A stretch of DNA of 26,025 nucleotides, from positions 1 to 26,025 of the forward strand of contig NIVC01005111.1 of NCBI GenBank assembly GCA_002269645.1, read 5' to 3'. Source of the stretch: Macrostomum lignano (taxonomy: Eukaryota). Every line of letters begins with the position of its first letter. Within the stretch, counting starts at the first letter, position 1. Positions 7,977-19,847 of this stretch are shown one piece after another. A program made the position numbers and the translations under genes. Under the pieces are notes generated by a model. That model was not told where the DNA came from. It did not search any database and worked only from the letters and a program-made list of their open reading frames with translations.

Positions 7977-8895
7977 TAGGGATTCCAAAATCCCGACATT
8001 TTACAATCCCGGGATTGAATAGTCCCGAAATCCCGATGCTGTTGAAATCCCGGAATTCAAAATCCCGGAATCCCGGTGCTTTTGCAATCCCGGGATTAAA
8101 AATCCCGGGATTCGATTCCCAAAAAAATCCCGGGATTCAAATCCCGGATTTTTGGCTCCAATCCCGGGATCCCGGGATCCCGGGATTGGAATCCCTAAGC
8201 TAGACGGACTGTGCGGCGTGCCGCGTGCAGTAGTCATGGTCTCGCGACTCTCAGAGTCTCAGGGCCTTTTCATATTACCGATTCCAGAACCAGAATCGGT
8301 TCGGAATTCCAAGAAAAACAGCAGTATAACTATTAAACTCTGTTAATATTTGACTGCCTTAACAGCCTCACTTTGCACGATTTTTCACTTTCTTTTTGGC
8401 GATTGTCATTCAATAATAAAAACTTTATAGCACGTATCTCCCTCTAGTTATGGAGACAAAAAGTTATACTTCACAAAATGGTTCTGGTTCTGGAACCAGA
8501 ACAAGCAATATGAAAAGGCCCTCAGTCTCGTCTCGTGGTGGAAAACGAAAAAAAGTTAAAATTATCTATAATTTACAGTTCACAATAACAATTTTTAGCT
8601 CAATTAGGACAGGAGCTTTGCAAATGTGTAACGTTTCATTGAGAAACAGCAAAAACAAATAAATGTTTTATTATTCAAATAAACGTTTAGACTTTAAATT
8701 ATCTAATTTAGGCATTGAAAGGTTGTTCTAATCCCGGACCAATCCCGGGATTAAGGCCTTGAAATCCCGGGATCCCGATCCCGGACTTTTGCAATCCCGG
8801 GATTAAAAATCCCGGGATTCGATTCCCAAAAAATCCCGGGATTCAAATCCCGGATTTTTGGCCCCAATCCCGGGATCCCGGGATTGGAATCCCTA
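7977..8895. mobile_element. Non-autonomous hAT-type element (919 bp, composite) inserted in gag
   Basis: 8-bp TSD TCTGCAAT (7969-7976 and 8896-8903), 12-bp TIRs TAGGGATTCCAA, dense subterminal ATCCCGGGA(T) motifs. Removing it restores gag (KPTDLQ-YSALTEHL). An additional internal right end stops at 8197. Confidence 0.93.
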
Positions 8896-9309
8896 TCTGC
8901 AATACAGCGCCCTCACCGAGCACCTTCAAAAGTACTTCAAACCGAAGAAGCCAGTAATCGCTGAACGGTTCAAGTTCTACAAGCGAGCACAAAAGGACGG
9001 AGAGACGGCTGCTCAATTTCTGGCTGCGCTGCGGAATCTGACCGATTCGTGCGAGTTCGAGGGGTTTCGAGAAGAAGCTCTCCGAGACTGTTTCGTCTGC
9101 AGTCTTCGAGACCAGCGGACCCAGCAGCGACTCCTGATGGAGGAGAAGCTCACGCTGGATGCGGCCAAGAAAATTGCCCTCGCGGCGGAGATTCCAAAGT
9201 CGGAAACTGAGCAGTGGAAATCGAGCTCAGAGGTCAGCTCAATCCAGCAGGTAGCGCCAGACTCGAGGGCGTGCTACAGGTGCGGATTCAAAGGCCACCT
9301 GTCGGCAGC

Positions 9310-9325
9310 CTGCCACAGTGCCACT
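9310..9325 (+). other. hAT/Ac-type excision footprint (+8 bp) between the gag zinc knuckles
   Basis: ctgccacA-Gtgccact equals a duplicated CTGCCACT with both junction bases changed to their complements. Deleting 8 bp restores [34 protein letters not shown] in frame with the protease. Confidence 0.8.
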
Positions 9326-12300
9326 TCAGGACCGCAAAGTGCCACAACTGCGGGAAATTTGGACACCTGCAGAAAGTTTGCCGCTCAGCCAAGAAAGCCT
9401 CCAGTACAACGAAAGCCGGACGGTCAGAGAATGGACCAGCGCACGCAATGCAAACGGAAGAGGAGGAGGAAGCAGCAACAGGCCGGATTTCGCAAGTCAC
9501 TGCATCGGCCAAGAATATCAGCGTAAGCCTGCTGGTGAATGACCAGCCCCTCACCATGCAGCTGGACACCGGTGCCTGCGTCAGCCTCGTACCAGAGTCG
9601 TTGTGAAAGCAGCTCGGCCGACCTCAGCTGACACCAACACGCCTGCGACTCCGGACCTGGACGGGCGAGCCAATACAAGTCAAGGGAACAGCCGAGGTCA
9701 TGGTCAACTACGACGGAAGACAGCATCATAAGCTGCCGCTGGTGGTCACCAGTCAGACCGGAGCCTGCCCATTGCTAGGACGCAATTGGCTGGAAAAAGT
9801 GCGACTCAACTGGACTCAGTTGTTTGCCAACCAGATCAGCCAGGCGCCGGCGCAGAAAAGCGGGCCTCTCGACCAGATGCTGGAGGAGTTCGCTGATGTT
9901 TTCGACGAGAGCCTGGGGCAGTTGAAGGATCAGACAGTCGCACTGAGACTTAAAAGTGACGCACATCCTCGATTCTGCAAGGCCAGACCCGTGCCATTCG
10001 CAGTGCGGGACAAGCTGGAGCTCGAGCTCCAGGACATGCTCAACAAAGGGTACGCCAGTGGTTCCGGTACTCAAGGCAGACGGCTCAGTCCGACTGTGCG
10101 GCGACTATAAACTGACGTTGAACCCTTAGCTCCACATCGACCAGTACCCGCTGCCTACGCCTGAAGAGCTTTACGAGCAGGTGGGACAGGGTCAGCTGTT
10201 CTCAAAACTCGATCTGTCACAATGTTATCTTCAGTTTCCACTCGACGAAGAGAGCTGCAAGCTGACGACCATCAACACGCATAAAGGGCTTTTCGAGTAC
10301 CTCAGGTTGCCATTTGGCGTCAGTTCGGCTCCTGCGATTTGCCAGAGGCTGATGGAAAAACTTTTGAAGGGCGTGCCGGGAGTCTGTTGCCGCATTGATG
10401 ACATCCTGGTCTCCGGTCCGTCAATGAGTGAACACCAGCGCTTCGCAAGGTACTGACCAGGCTGAGAGCGGTGGGCTTGCGGCTGAAGCGAATCAAGTGC
10501 AAATTTCTGCAAGAAGAAGTCGAATACCTGGGCTCGTTGCTCCTCTGTATCAACTGTTGAGGAAGGCGACGGACTGGCGGTGGGCTGAGACGGAGGACCG
10601 AGCCTGGGACAATCTTAAGCAAGAACTGAGTTAGGACAGCGTGCTGACGCATTTCAACGAGCAGCTTCCAGTGGTGGTGGCCGCGGATGCTTCATCGGTC
10701 GGCATCGGCGCGGTGCTGTCCCACACGATGGAGGACGGCCCGGAACGGCCGGTGACTTTTGCTTCAAGGACGCTGTCAGCAGCGGAGCGAAATTACTCGC
10801 AAATTGAGAAAGAAGCCCTCGCCATCGTGTTCGCCATCAAGCGGTTCCACCAGTACCTGTTCGGCCGGAGCTTCACGATAATTACGGATCATCAGCCGTT
10901 GACGACGATTTTCGGACCGAAGGTTGGCATCTCCCCGACTGCAGCAGGGCGACTTCAGAGATGGGCACTGCTGCTGTCAGGGTACAGCTTACAGCTTACA
11001 GTACAGCATCCGGTTCCGCAAGACTGCTCAGCACAGCAACGCAGACGGCCTGTCTCGCTTGCCGCTGCAGATGAAGGACGACAGCCCAGACGACGACGAT
11101 CGGGTCTGTCAGCTGACGGGCGAATTCCCATTGACGGCGGCGGATGTAGCGGCAGCAACGAAGCGAGATGACGAGCTTCGAGATATTCTCCGGATGATAA
11201 TGACTGGCTGGCCAGAGTTGGTTCCGCCGCGGCTCGAGCCCTACTTTCGTCGTCGACTAGAACTAAGCGTGGAAGACGGCTGCGTGATCTGGGGAACTCG
11301 CGTGCTGGTTCCGGAAGCGTTGCGACCTGGAGTTCTGCTCGAGTTACACGTGGAACATTTCGGCATGGCCCGGATGAAAAGTGTCGCCAGAACCTTCGTC
11401 TGGTGGCCAGGAATGGATGCTGACATCGAGTCGGTTGCCAGCAGCTGCCAAGCCTGCCAATCCGTTAAGTTGCATCCGGTGCTGGCTCCACTGCACCCCT
11501 GGGTGTGGCCAGACCAGCCCTGGGACCGCATCCACGTTGACTTTGCCGGGCCGGTTCGAGGCCGCCAGTTTCTCCTCGTAGTCGACGCGCACTCAAAGTG
11601 GCCGCATGTGGAGGCCGTGTCAACACTCTAATCAGCCGAGCTGGTTCGCAAGCTGCGAGTGTTGTTTGCACAATGGGGCCTGCCGAGAGAACTGGTATCG
11701 GACAACGGTCCAGCATTCATCAGTCAAGGATTTAGCGATTTCTGCAAAGCAAATGGAATTCGCCACACAAGAAGCAGTCCATATCACGCCAAGACCAACG
11801 GACTGGTGGAACGGCTGGTGAAGTCGTTCAAGATGGCCATGGAGGCGTCACAGAGCAGTCAGCCGGACCTCGACATCCGGCTGTGCAACTGAATGCTGGG
11901 CTACCGAGCTAGCCCGCACCCAACGACCGGTCGGACACCAGCGGAGCTCTTCCTGAAGCGGCAGCTCCGGACTCGAATGGACCTGCTGCGGCCGTCAGCC
12001 CGGGATCGAGTACTGCAGGAGCAATCCGCCCAGAAACGACAGCACGACCGGCGGTCGCGGGAGCTGCCAGAGGAGCCGTGGTCGGAGGCCTGGGCCAGGG
12101 ACTACTGGCAACTGCGGGGCCGGCGAGTCGAGAGCGACGAACCTGACGGTCCAGCAGCCGGGACCGAGCCAGCTGAAGCTGCGGACTCGACCGGGACCGG
12201 CGCGGAGCACCCGGAGCCGGAGCCGACGCGCCCTGCGGACTGCAGCCTGCACGCGGCGACGGCCACCTGAGAAGCTGACCTACTCGAAACTCTGGAGCTG

Positions 12301-12326
12301 TGATTGATAGGGAGCGGACTTCTTCT

Positions 12327-12339
12327 GAGAGGGGAAAAG
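12327..12339 (+). promoter_or_regulatory. Polypurine tract
   Basis: gagaggggaaaag immediately precedes the 3' LTR. Confidence 0.9.
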
Positions 12340-12524
12340 TGTCATGACTTATGGGGTGGGGCCGCGTGGTAGGGGTGGAGCTTGTTTAGTAAGCCTAGTT
12401 AGCAGTACGTACGTTAATGTACATGCGCGGGCCACCGTGCCCCTTGGCCTATAAAATATACAGAGCGTGGAGGGTTTTGCCTCAACTGAGTTTACTCCAG
12501 AATAAGCGACTTGACTTCATTACA
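12340..12524 (+). repeat. 3' LTR (185 bp)
   Basis: Matches 7577-7761 except at 2 positions; followed by the TSD GATGC. Confidence 0.97.
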
Positions 12525-13147
12525 GATGCTTCTATTGAAAACATGCGAATTGAATAGCAACACTGTGCTGCAGCGGGAGCAAAGCTAAGCACGGGACGGT
12601 GCATGAGAGGCTTGCTGGTGTACCGATTAGAAAGCTGGCGACGCACTCAGCATACTGCTACAAGTAGCAAGGCAGTAAGACTGGCTGATTTTAAGCATTT
12701 TATGCGCATGCAGTTTTAAAAACCTTTGCAGGTTGTTTACAAAATCGAACTATCAAATGGTCGATAGGGAGAGCTTTGGTCAGTTAAATAAACCAAAATA
12801 TGAAGGCGGAATCAGCATTGGATTTGCAGCTCATCAAGTAAATGGTTGCGAACGGCGGGCTCGCAGGCAGGTTTGCAAACTTCAGCGGTTCTTTGGTAAT
12901 TCGGGAGGCGCTGAAGCAGACATGCAGTTACAGATCAGGCTTGGTCTGACTGCAGTTGTCTCTCAGCGTCTGCAGGACCTCCGGGTCTCTCATTGCGCTG
13001 TCAAACGAACGGTTTTGATGAGGACTCGCGCACAGGCAAGGCGCCTCTCGGAGCAGTAGCTCAAATTTGTGCGCCATCAGAGCCCGGAAAACTCCCAAGA
13101 AGGCGCTACAAGGAGCTAATTAACAGGTGAAGAACACCGGCGCGGAT

Positions 13148-13656
<509 letters not shown>

Positions 13657-14490
13657 GTAAGACTTCTCTCAGGTCTCCGGATCTACTTCTTTCTTTCTTG
13701 GTTTTCCAGCGGTTTTGTTCTAGCGCTTCCACTGCCCTCGAAGCCTAAGAGAGCTTACAAAGGAGATCGCTACTGGGCTGCTTATGACTTGTGCCTGTAG
13801 CACAAATAACAAATATGAGTCTTTAGATATTTTGGTGAGCTTCACTGGAGTCCAGGCTATAGAATTAACGTCTCAGCGAGCGTTGCCCATTTCGGGGCCG
13901 AGGCCGTGTCTATTTTATAAATCTTTTGATACACGTCATCCCCCGCCGCTGATTAGCAACGGCGGGGTGCCAGAACAGACGCAGCAACATTAGATTAGCG
14001 CGTTGCTACGGGGCGAGAGAGATAATTTGATAACTGTTCGTTGGTCACATCAGGCGATGGTTAAAGGTCAGTCCAGGGTTCAGTATTCGAATTGTTCGCA
14101 CGTCAGACCACCCGTGCGTCCCTCGGTGAGTCGTGCTTTTGCTCCCTGGGCAGATCCACGTACGTCACCGCTGACCTTGCCTGTTGGCCATTGCTCTATC
14201 TCGCCCGCCAGTCGGGGTATCTTGCCGTATCGCTTCTCCTGGCACCGCGCCGACTGACTCTGCCTGGTATCTCGGCTGACGTTCATGTCATCTCGCTTGG
14301 TCTGAAATCTTGGGGAAAGGTGACAGTTAACTTCTTATCATATCTTTAATTTATTTCACTTTCTAGCTGTTCTTTTAATTTCTTTTACTTAGCTGTCTTA
14401 TCTCTAAGTTCTGTTTCCAGTCTTTAAGCTTTCGCTTTACCTTTGACGACCTTTTAATGATGCTTATTATTTGCTAATTTCTAATCCCTA

Positions 14491-14514
14491 TACTACTACT
14501 ACTACTACTACTAC

Positions 14515-14569
<55 letters not shown>

Positions 14570-14580
14570 CCACTACTACA

Positions 14581-14647
<67 letters not shown>

Positions 14648-14662
14648 ATACTACAATAATTA
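14491..14662 (+). repeat. (CTA)n microsatellite, ~170 bp, interrupted
   Basis: CTA repeats with ccc and caa interruptions, decaying into aat/aca variants on the right. Confidence 0.95.
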
Positions 14663-14753
14663 CAACTACAATTTTAATTCTATATTCCTCTCCAACACTC
14701 AAAAGGTACTTGGGTCTGAAGAACGGCGATTGCATATTTGTCAATTCGTGCAG

Positions 14754-14899
14754 CGTCACGCAGCGTCAGATGATGGAGCAGGCGTCAACGAGGCCGGACG
14801 CGCCAAAGAGACGCCACAAGGCGAGCCGAGGATCCGTTGCATTCGCGGACGAGCTCGAACATGGAAGCGACTACGACGACGAGAATGCTGGGGAGGAGG
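14754..14899 (+). CDS. Candidate coding exon of an unrecognised host gene (MMEQASTRPDAPKRRHKASRGSVAFADELEHGSDYDDENAGEE)
   Basis: GC-rich open segment bounded by acceptor ttcgtgcag (14753) and donor gtgagc (14900). Flanking short GT-AG intron candidates at 14706-14753 and 14900-~14971. ATG ATG at 14770. No recognisable domain. Confidence 0.35.
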
Positions 14900-15559
14900 G
14901 TGAGCCAGGATTTGGAATTCACTTAGAACATGGCGATAGCCAATTAATGAACTGGTTAGAGTTTTAACTGTAGGTAATGGTGTTGCCCTGGGGAAGATCT
15001 GTGCAAAATCAGCTCATTCTGACCTTGCTTTTGGATCTACAAGTAGATCTAAAACTTCTAGATTTAACTTTTTTACTTAATCCGCAATCCTAAACGCCTT
15101 AGATTGAGTCAGAGCAAATAGCTACTTTTAGTATTAAAAGTAACTTCTGCCTCGAGTTTGGCACACAAAAAGCAAGTAAGCAAAAGTGCAAATCCTATCA
15201 GACTACCTAGGAAGGGGTCAGACAAAGGGCGCACCCAGTTAAGCAGGTCAAGAGAGCCTCTCACCCAACCAATCAGAGGACCTATCTGCCGGTAGCCAAG
15301 GATTCCACAGAGACCGAAGCGCTCGGACGGGATGCTGATGCTGATCCTAACTGACGAGTGCCGCCGTTACTCTTCACTTGCCGATTGCTGTTGCTGATCT
15401 TAGGGCGCAGGCCGGGGGAAGATAATCACGAGTGACCTCGGCCGAAGGGCGAGCGTTGGAGGGAGCTCTGCCCCGAAAAGTCCAAGATTGCCAGGGACCA
15501 AAAAGAAGGGAGGTCCCAGAAAGGAGGAAGGGTACTCGAGCGCGGGCCGACATGCCGAC

Positions 15560-15693
15560 TTTTATAGATCTCACGCGGCCGATTTGTTATAACGAGCGCC
15601 AAATTTTCCTATTGGCTGAGGGCCTTTGTTAAAAAATCGGCGCCGAATTTTCTGATTGGTCGAGCCGGGGTCGGTCAGGTCGACTCTGATTGG
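15560..15693 (-). promoter_or_regulatory. Triple CCAAT box plus TATA promoter module (LTR U3-like or orphan promoter)
   Basis: Minus-strand cagCCAATcag (15689-15693), cgaCCAATcag (15655-15659) and cagCCAATagg (15611-15615), then TATAAAA (15560-15566). No credible downstream ORF. Confidence 0.6.
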
Positions 15694-16662
15694 CTGAGCT
15701 CAAGACCCCAAAACCCACCCCACCAGGTGGCGTTCAGACCCCCGGGAAGTTGACAGGCGCGGTCATAAATCATGAGCAAAACCGAATAAAGGTCACTTGT
15801 CTAGACATCCTGGCGCCAAAAGTGACTGCAAAAAGCCCATAAATCAAAGGAGAAGGTAAAAGAGCGAGTGGGGAGGAGGCTGGAAAGACCTCCTTGACCC
15901 AGACAGGCTGGAGCCAAAAGTGACAGCCAAACCGCAGTAAATTATTAAAAATATTGAAAAAGTCACAAATCAGGGGGTCAGAATGAGATTAAAAACATTC
16001 CTCCCAGACTTAGTGTCGCCTGTCTAGACTGTTAGAGGTCAAACCACTTCAGACCTGGATAGCCTGACCTTCAGAGATGCGTAAACAACCCAAAATTAGA
16101 ATCCTAAGGGAAGTACATTAAGCCTCTAACATAATTAATAGTAATGTCATAAAATGACATAGGACTCAGCCTAAATGAGAGAATAGAGAGAAATTCCTAA
16201 GCTAGCCTACTGACGGTAGGGGAAAAAGCGCATCGGAGCAAAATGTGCGGTTTTAAGATTGAAAAAAGACGCGTCCTCATCATTTATGCAATAGTGAAAA
16301 CAAAAAGACGGTTTTATGTAAATACCAGATGCAGAAGGAACTCTGAGATCTTGAACAGATTCATTTGAAGGTGCTCTATTTCAACAAGCTGCCGTTGGGA
16401 TAAGCTGAAAATTATCGACACAGATCCGTGTGGATAAAATAGGAATTTTATTGACACGGCCTAAAGACTTGAATTGTGGTAGCTATTTCAATAGGCTGCC
16501 GTGGGGTGTGAATAAAATTGGAATTATCAGCACGGGACCGTGGGGATAAGCACTTCCTTTTTAATATGGAAGTTTCAAGCTTACTAGTAGCCAACATAAA
16601 AATAATAGAAAAATATGGTATATACTCCCCATTTATACTAGTGCTAGGACAATAGGTAAATA

Positions 16663-16807
16663 ATAAACGCCGTTTATTTCACATTCTGTGGTTAGAATGT
16701 CCGAGGCTGCATTTAATGGTTCCGAGGCGAGCAAAGCGAGCCGAGGACCATTGATTGTAGCCGAGGATATTCTAACCACAGACTATGGTGAATTAAGCGG
16801 CGTTTAT
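16663..16807 (+). other. G.A-mismatch hairpin, copy 2
   Basis: Same as 893-1037. Confidence 0.9.
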
Positions 16808-17003
16808 CATATATGAACTTCGATATCTTATTTTTCGAGGGCATCCCATCTGATTGATAGACATTATAGGCTTAGGCCATTTGATTCCGACCATAGACAA
16901 ATCAAATACGTTTCTCACGAAGATGCAGTCACGAAGCAGCCAGTCAATCAGTGGTGGCAAAAAGTAAAAGCCAAATTCAGAGTCGCTTCTTATACAATAC
17001 AAT

Positions 17004-18359
17004 ATGGAATATGGCTGAGAAGACCTCAATTTTGACGCTTTCTTTGCTGCTGTCGGAATAGAGTCGACAACTCGAGTTTCTGCTGAGTCCCTGGACGAAG
17101 CTGCTCTAAAAAAAAGAATCAAAGAAAGTTTGCCTGCCGCTACCCAAACGAAGGAAAAATGGGCAATGAAGTTATTTAATCTATGGAAAGAGACGCGCGT
17201 CAATCGTCAATTGGCAGGCGAAGAGTCGGGACTTATGGTTCTCAAGCCAACCGAGGATCTAACAAAATCCGACCTGAACCATTTGCTCCAGTATTTTGTG
17301 TTCGAAGTTAGTAAAGAGAATGGAGAAAAGTTTCCACCTGGCACCATCAAAGATCTAGTCTCCATGATCCAGCACCACTTTGTTTACGGACTTAAACGGA
17401 CTCTTTCCATCTGGACTAATGCCGAGTTCGCTGAAACGCGACGTGCGCTAGATGCTGCCATGCGAGAGACCGCCCGGGAAGGACAATTAAATGGTGGGCG
17501 GACAGCTGCACCAATTGCTTCGGATAGTGAGAATATCTTATGGGAGCGAGGTCTATTAGGAGATGATTCTCCGAAGGTGCTACTCAACACCCTAATATTC
17601 ATGATCGGTAAAGTCTTTGGATTGCGAGGCGGTAGTGAGTTACACAGGCTCGAAATCAACAAGCAGCTGCAGCTATCTATCGAGGGAACGGACGAGGTTC
17701 TCGTGTACAAAGAGAGTTCCGTTTCAAAGACAAGGCCTGGTGGTTTGAAGACATTTAATAGGCCGCTCAAGCAAAATTCAGTGTTTCATACTCCCGGTCA
17801 CGTTCGTTGCCTAGTGTGTCTGTATAAGAAGTACGTTGGTTATCGTCCGCCAGACTGCTCTAAGCCGCAGCTATTTCTATCGTGCATCCGCAAGGATGAC
17901 ACTATTCGCTCCGGCAAGTGGTACCAAAATCAATCGCTTGGTGTCCACAGTTTGGAAGCTGTTGTTCGGAATCTGCTTGTTGGTCTACCTGAACCAAGTT
18001 CAGGGCGCTACACGAATCAGAGTCTTAGAAAGACCTGTGCCACCACGCTTCGGGATGCTGGAATTTCAAGGCCAGAAATTGCTCGTTTTACCGGTCATTC
18101 TTCATCTGCGATGGAGCGATACATCGGGCCATCAGCTAAAGTTGCTCGACTGGCCTCTGATGTTCTGCAGAACGTTTCTGTCTCGTCTGGATCATCAGCC
18201 TCGTCTGTTGAACCGTCTGAGCAAACTCGCGCTGTCTCGGCGTCAGCTGGTGAATCGTCGGTGCAAGTCGGCGCCGATCGAGTCACAGACGGGCGTCGTC
18301 GAGGTGTCAAGTCTATTGTCGTTGAAGATGGGCGGCTGGAAATAACGTTCCGTGACTAA
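17004..18359 (+). CDS. Crypton-type tyrosine recombinase, copy 2 (same TGA at codon 5 and same His>Gln)
   Basis: Translation identical to copy 1. Confidence 0.88.
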
Positions 18360-18508
18360 GAGGATGTACATGTAAGAACTCTCATCCGTAAACTGTTTGA
18401 ATTGAATCATACAATTAGTAGAGTATGTAAGTTTCGTTGTCGTGTGAGTTGTTGGTTGCTAAATATAATGCTGGCTTGTATATAATGCTGGCTAAATATA
18501 ATGCTGGC

Positions 18509-19359
18509 CAAAAGGCGACCATCGACGGCTTAGACAGGCCACCCCGATTGATCTCCCCCAAGAAGTCGATTGCCGTGGTCTGGATTTCTTCATCACTATC
18601 AAGGGGCTGTAGGTTGTCAGAGTCGAGCAGACGCTGCAAGACGCGCATCCTCGCTTCCTTTGCACAAAATTCTTAGCAACTGCTCCACTTACACTTCCAT
18701 CCGTGCCAACCAATTCTACGACCTTGCCTTGCGACAGCGCTGAGCCATTCAGACCAATGGAGACCTTGTGATTCGGTGCAATGCAGATGGAGCACGCTAC
18801 CTGGCAGACATGCTTCTGCTCCAGCATGAAGATGCACAGGAACTCGTTGCAAATTGCAGTTTGAAACCCATCTTGGCCTCGTCCCCTCAGAATCTAGCAG
18901 TTCTTGAATTTCTCGTGGCGAGCAATCGATAATTGAATCAGTGGCAAAGAAGTCGGAAATCTGATCTGCATCCAGGCGCCTTTTTTCCGCCTCCATACGC
19001 GCAGATGATGTCGCAGTGCATGTGATCCGAGCTGCTGGGCGGACAGAGGAAAGGTATGATGGTGCGTTTGGAAAAATAGTTGGCACCGCATCTTGTCTCA
19101 GATAACGCTTAGCCAGCTGGCCTTTCTTCGCTTTGCGAGTGAAATTGTTGTCTTGTGTTGACTCAACGAAGTCCTCAGATGTGAAATGCAGTGAGCAGAT
19201 GCGAGAGTACTTGGTGGGTTCAAAGTCCTTCCTCGGATTCGCCTTGTTCCATTTTTCCAGTAGACTCGGCTTGTTAAGTGGAAACGTCACAGTCCTGTCT
19301 GGTGTCGAACTATTAGCGAAGCCACTCCTGCAGCCGAATGCCGAACACTTATTCACCAT
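18509..19359 (-). pseudogene. THAP-transposase remnant, copy 2
   Basis: Same as 2739-3589. Confidence 0.8.
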
Positions 19360-19677
19360 AACGAAGGATATGCTTTCATTATGCAGAGTCAAATGAAGAA
19401 AGTGAATTTAGTTGTATTCGATATAAGCCGCAGCAGTTTTTGATAAATGCATATCTATGGAAACAATTGGCCTCATGTGGTAATTTTTTTGCGAGAATTT
19501 TTTCGCTTCCAGTCCAGATGCTAAGTATAGAAGTCCATGGTCTCCCTCTTTATGGGGTCAAAAAACTACAGTGCATATTAATGTCGATGTGGGCCATAGA
19601 CAAAAATTTATTTACATTTCATTGTAGAAAGTGGGGGCTTTGCCCCACACCCCCATTCTCACTCTCCCCCTCCTAGC

Positions 19678-19847
19678 CATGGATGAATGAATAGAATTTT
19701 TCTATGAATAGAATTCGGCGAAGGCCGAAAATTGTCTATGGCAATCATCAACCAATGAAAAGGCACGGGGGGGAACCGGATGCAAAAGAGTCAAAAACGA
19801 AAATAGCCAGAGCCAGAATAGCAATCCATTCTATTCATTCATCCATG
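19678..19847. mobile_element. 170-bp TIR element, copy 2
   Basis: Same as 3908-4077. Confidence 0.65.

Larger units (their letters stand above)
7775..12270 (+). pseudogene. gag-pol: gag-pol polyprotein pseudogene (originally a single ORF)
   Basis: Mag-type gag MASVGQLEPYEEGKDWDAYQERMDSYMLAN, two CCHC knuckles, protease LDTGA, RT (KLDLSQCYLQ, LPFGVSSAP, RIDD), RNase H (DASSVGIGAVL, EKEALAI, TDHQPL), integrase HHCC and D,D35E (VDFAGP, SDNGPAF, NGLVER). Broken by a 919-bp insertion, an 8-bp duplication, in-frame stops at 9604, 10127, 10632, 11629 and 11890, and several deletions/frameshifts. Confidence 0.95.
7577..12524 (+). mobile_element. Ty3/Gypsy LTR retrotransposon, Mag-like clade, full span but defective
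   Basis: 185-bp LTRs TG...CA at both ends, 5-bp TSD GATGC (7572-7576 and 12525-12529), PBS, PPT, and gag-PR-RT-RH-INT domain order. Confidence 0.97.
16663..18508 (+). mobile_element. Crypton-like element, copy 2
   Basis: Same sequence as 893-2738 at offset 15770. Confidence 0.75.

Noticed and set aside
7977-8895. CRISPR-like array in the ATCCCGGGA repeats
   Set aside because: Repeats are irregular 8-12-mers without constant-length unique spacers and are bounded by TIRs and an 8-bp TSD. ORFs here (8001-8237, 8152-8346, 8450-8662) are artefacts.
12733-13110. Plus-strand 108-aa ORF and a minus-strand frame (AFLGVFRALMAHKFELLLRE...)
   Set aside because: Neither has a recognisable domain, codon bias or convincing paired splice sites, so neither is supportable without expression data.
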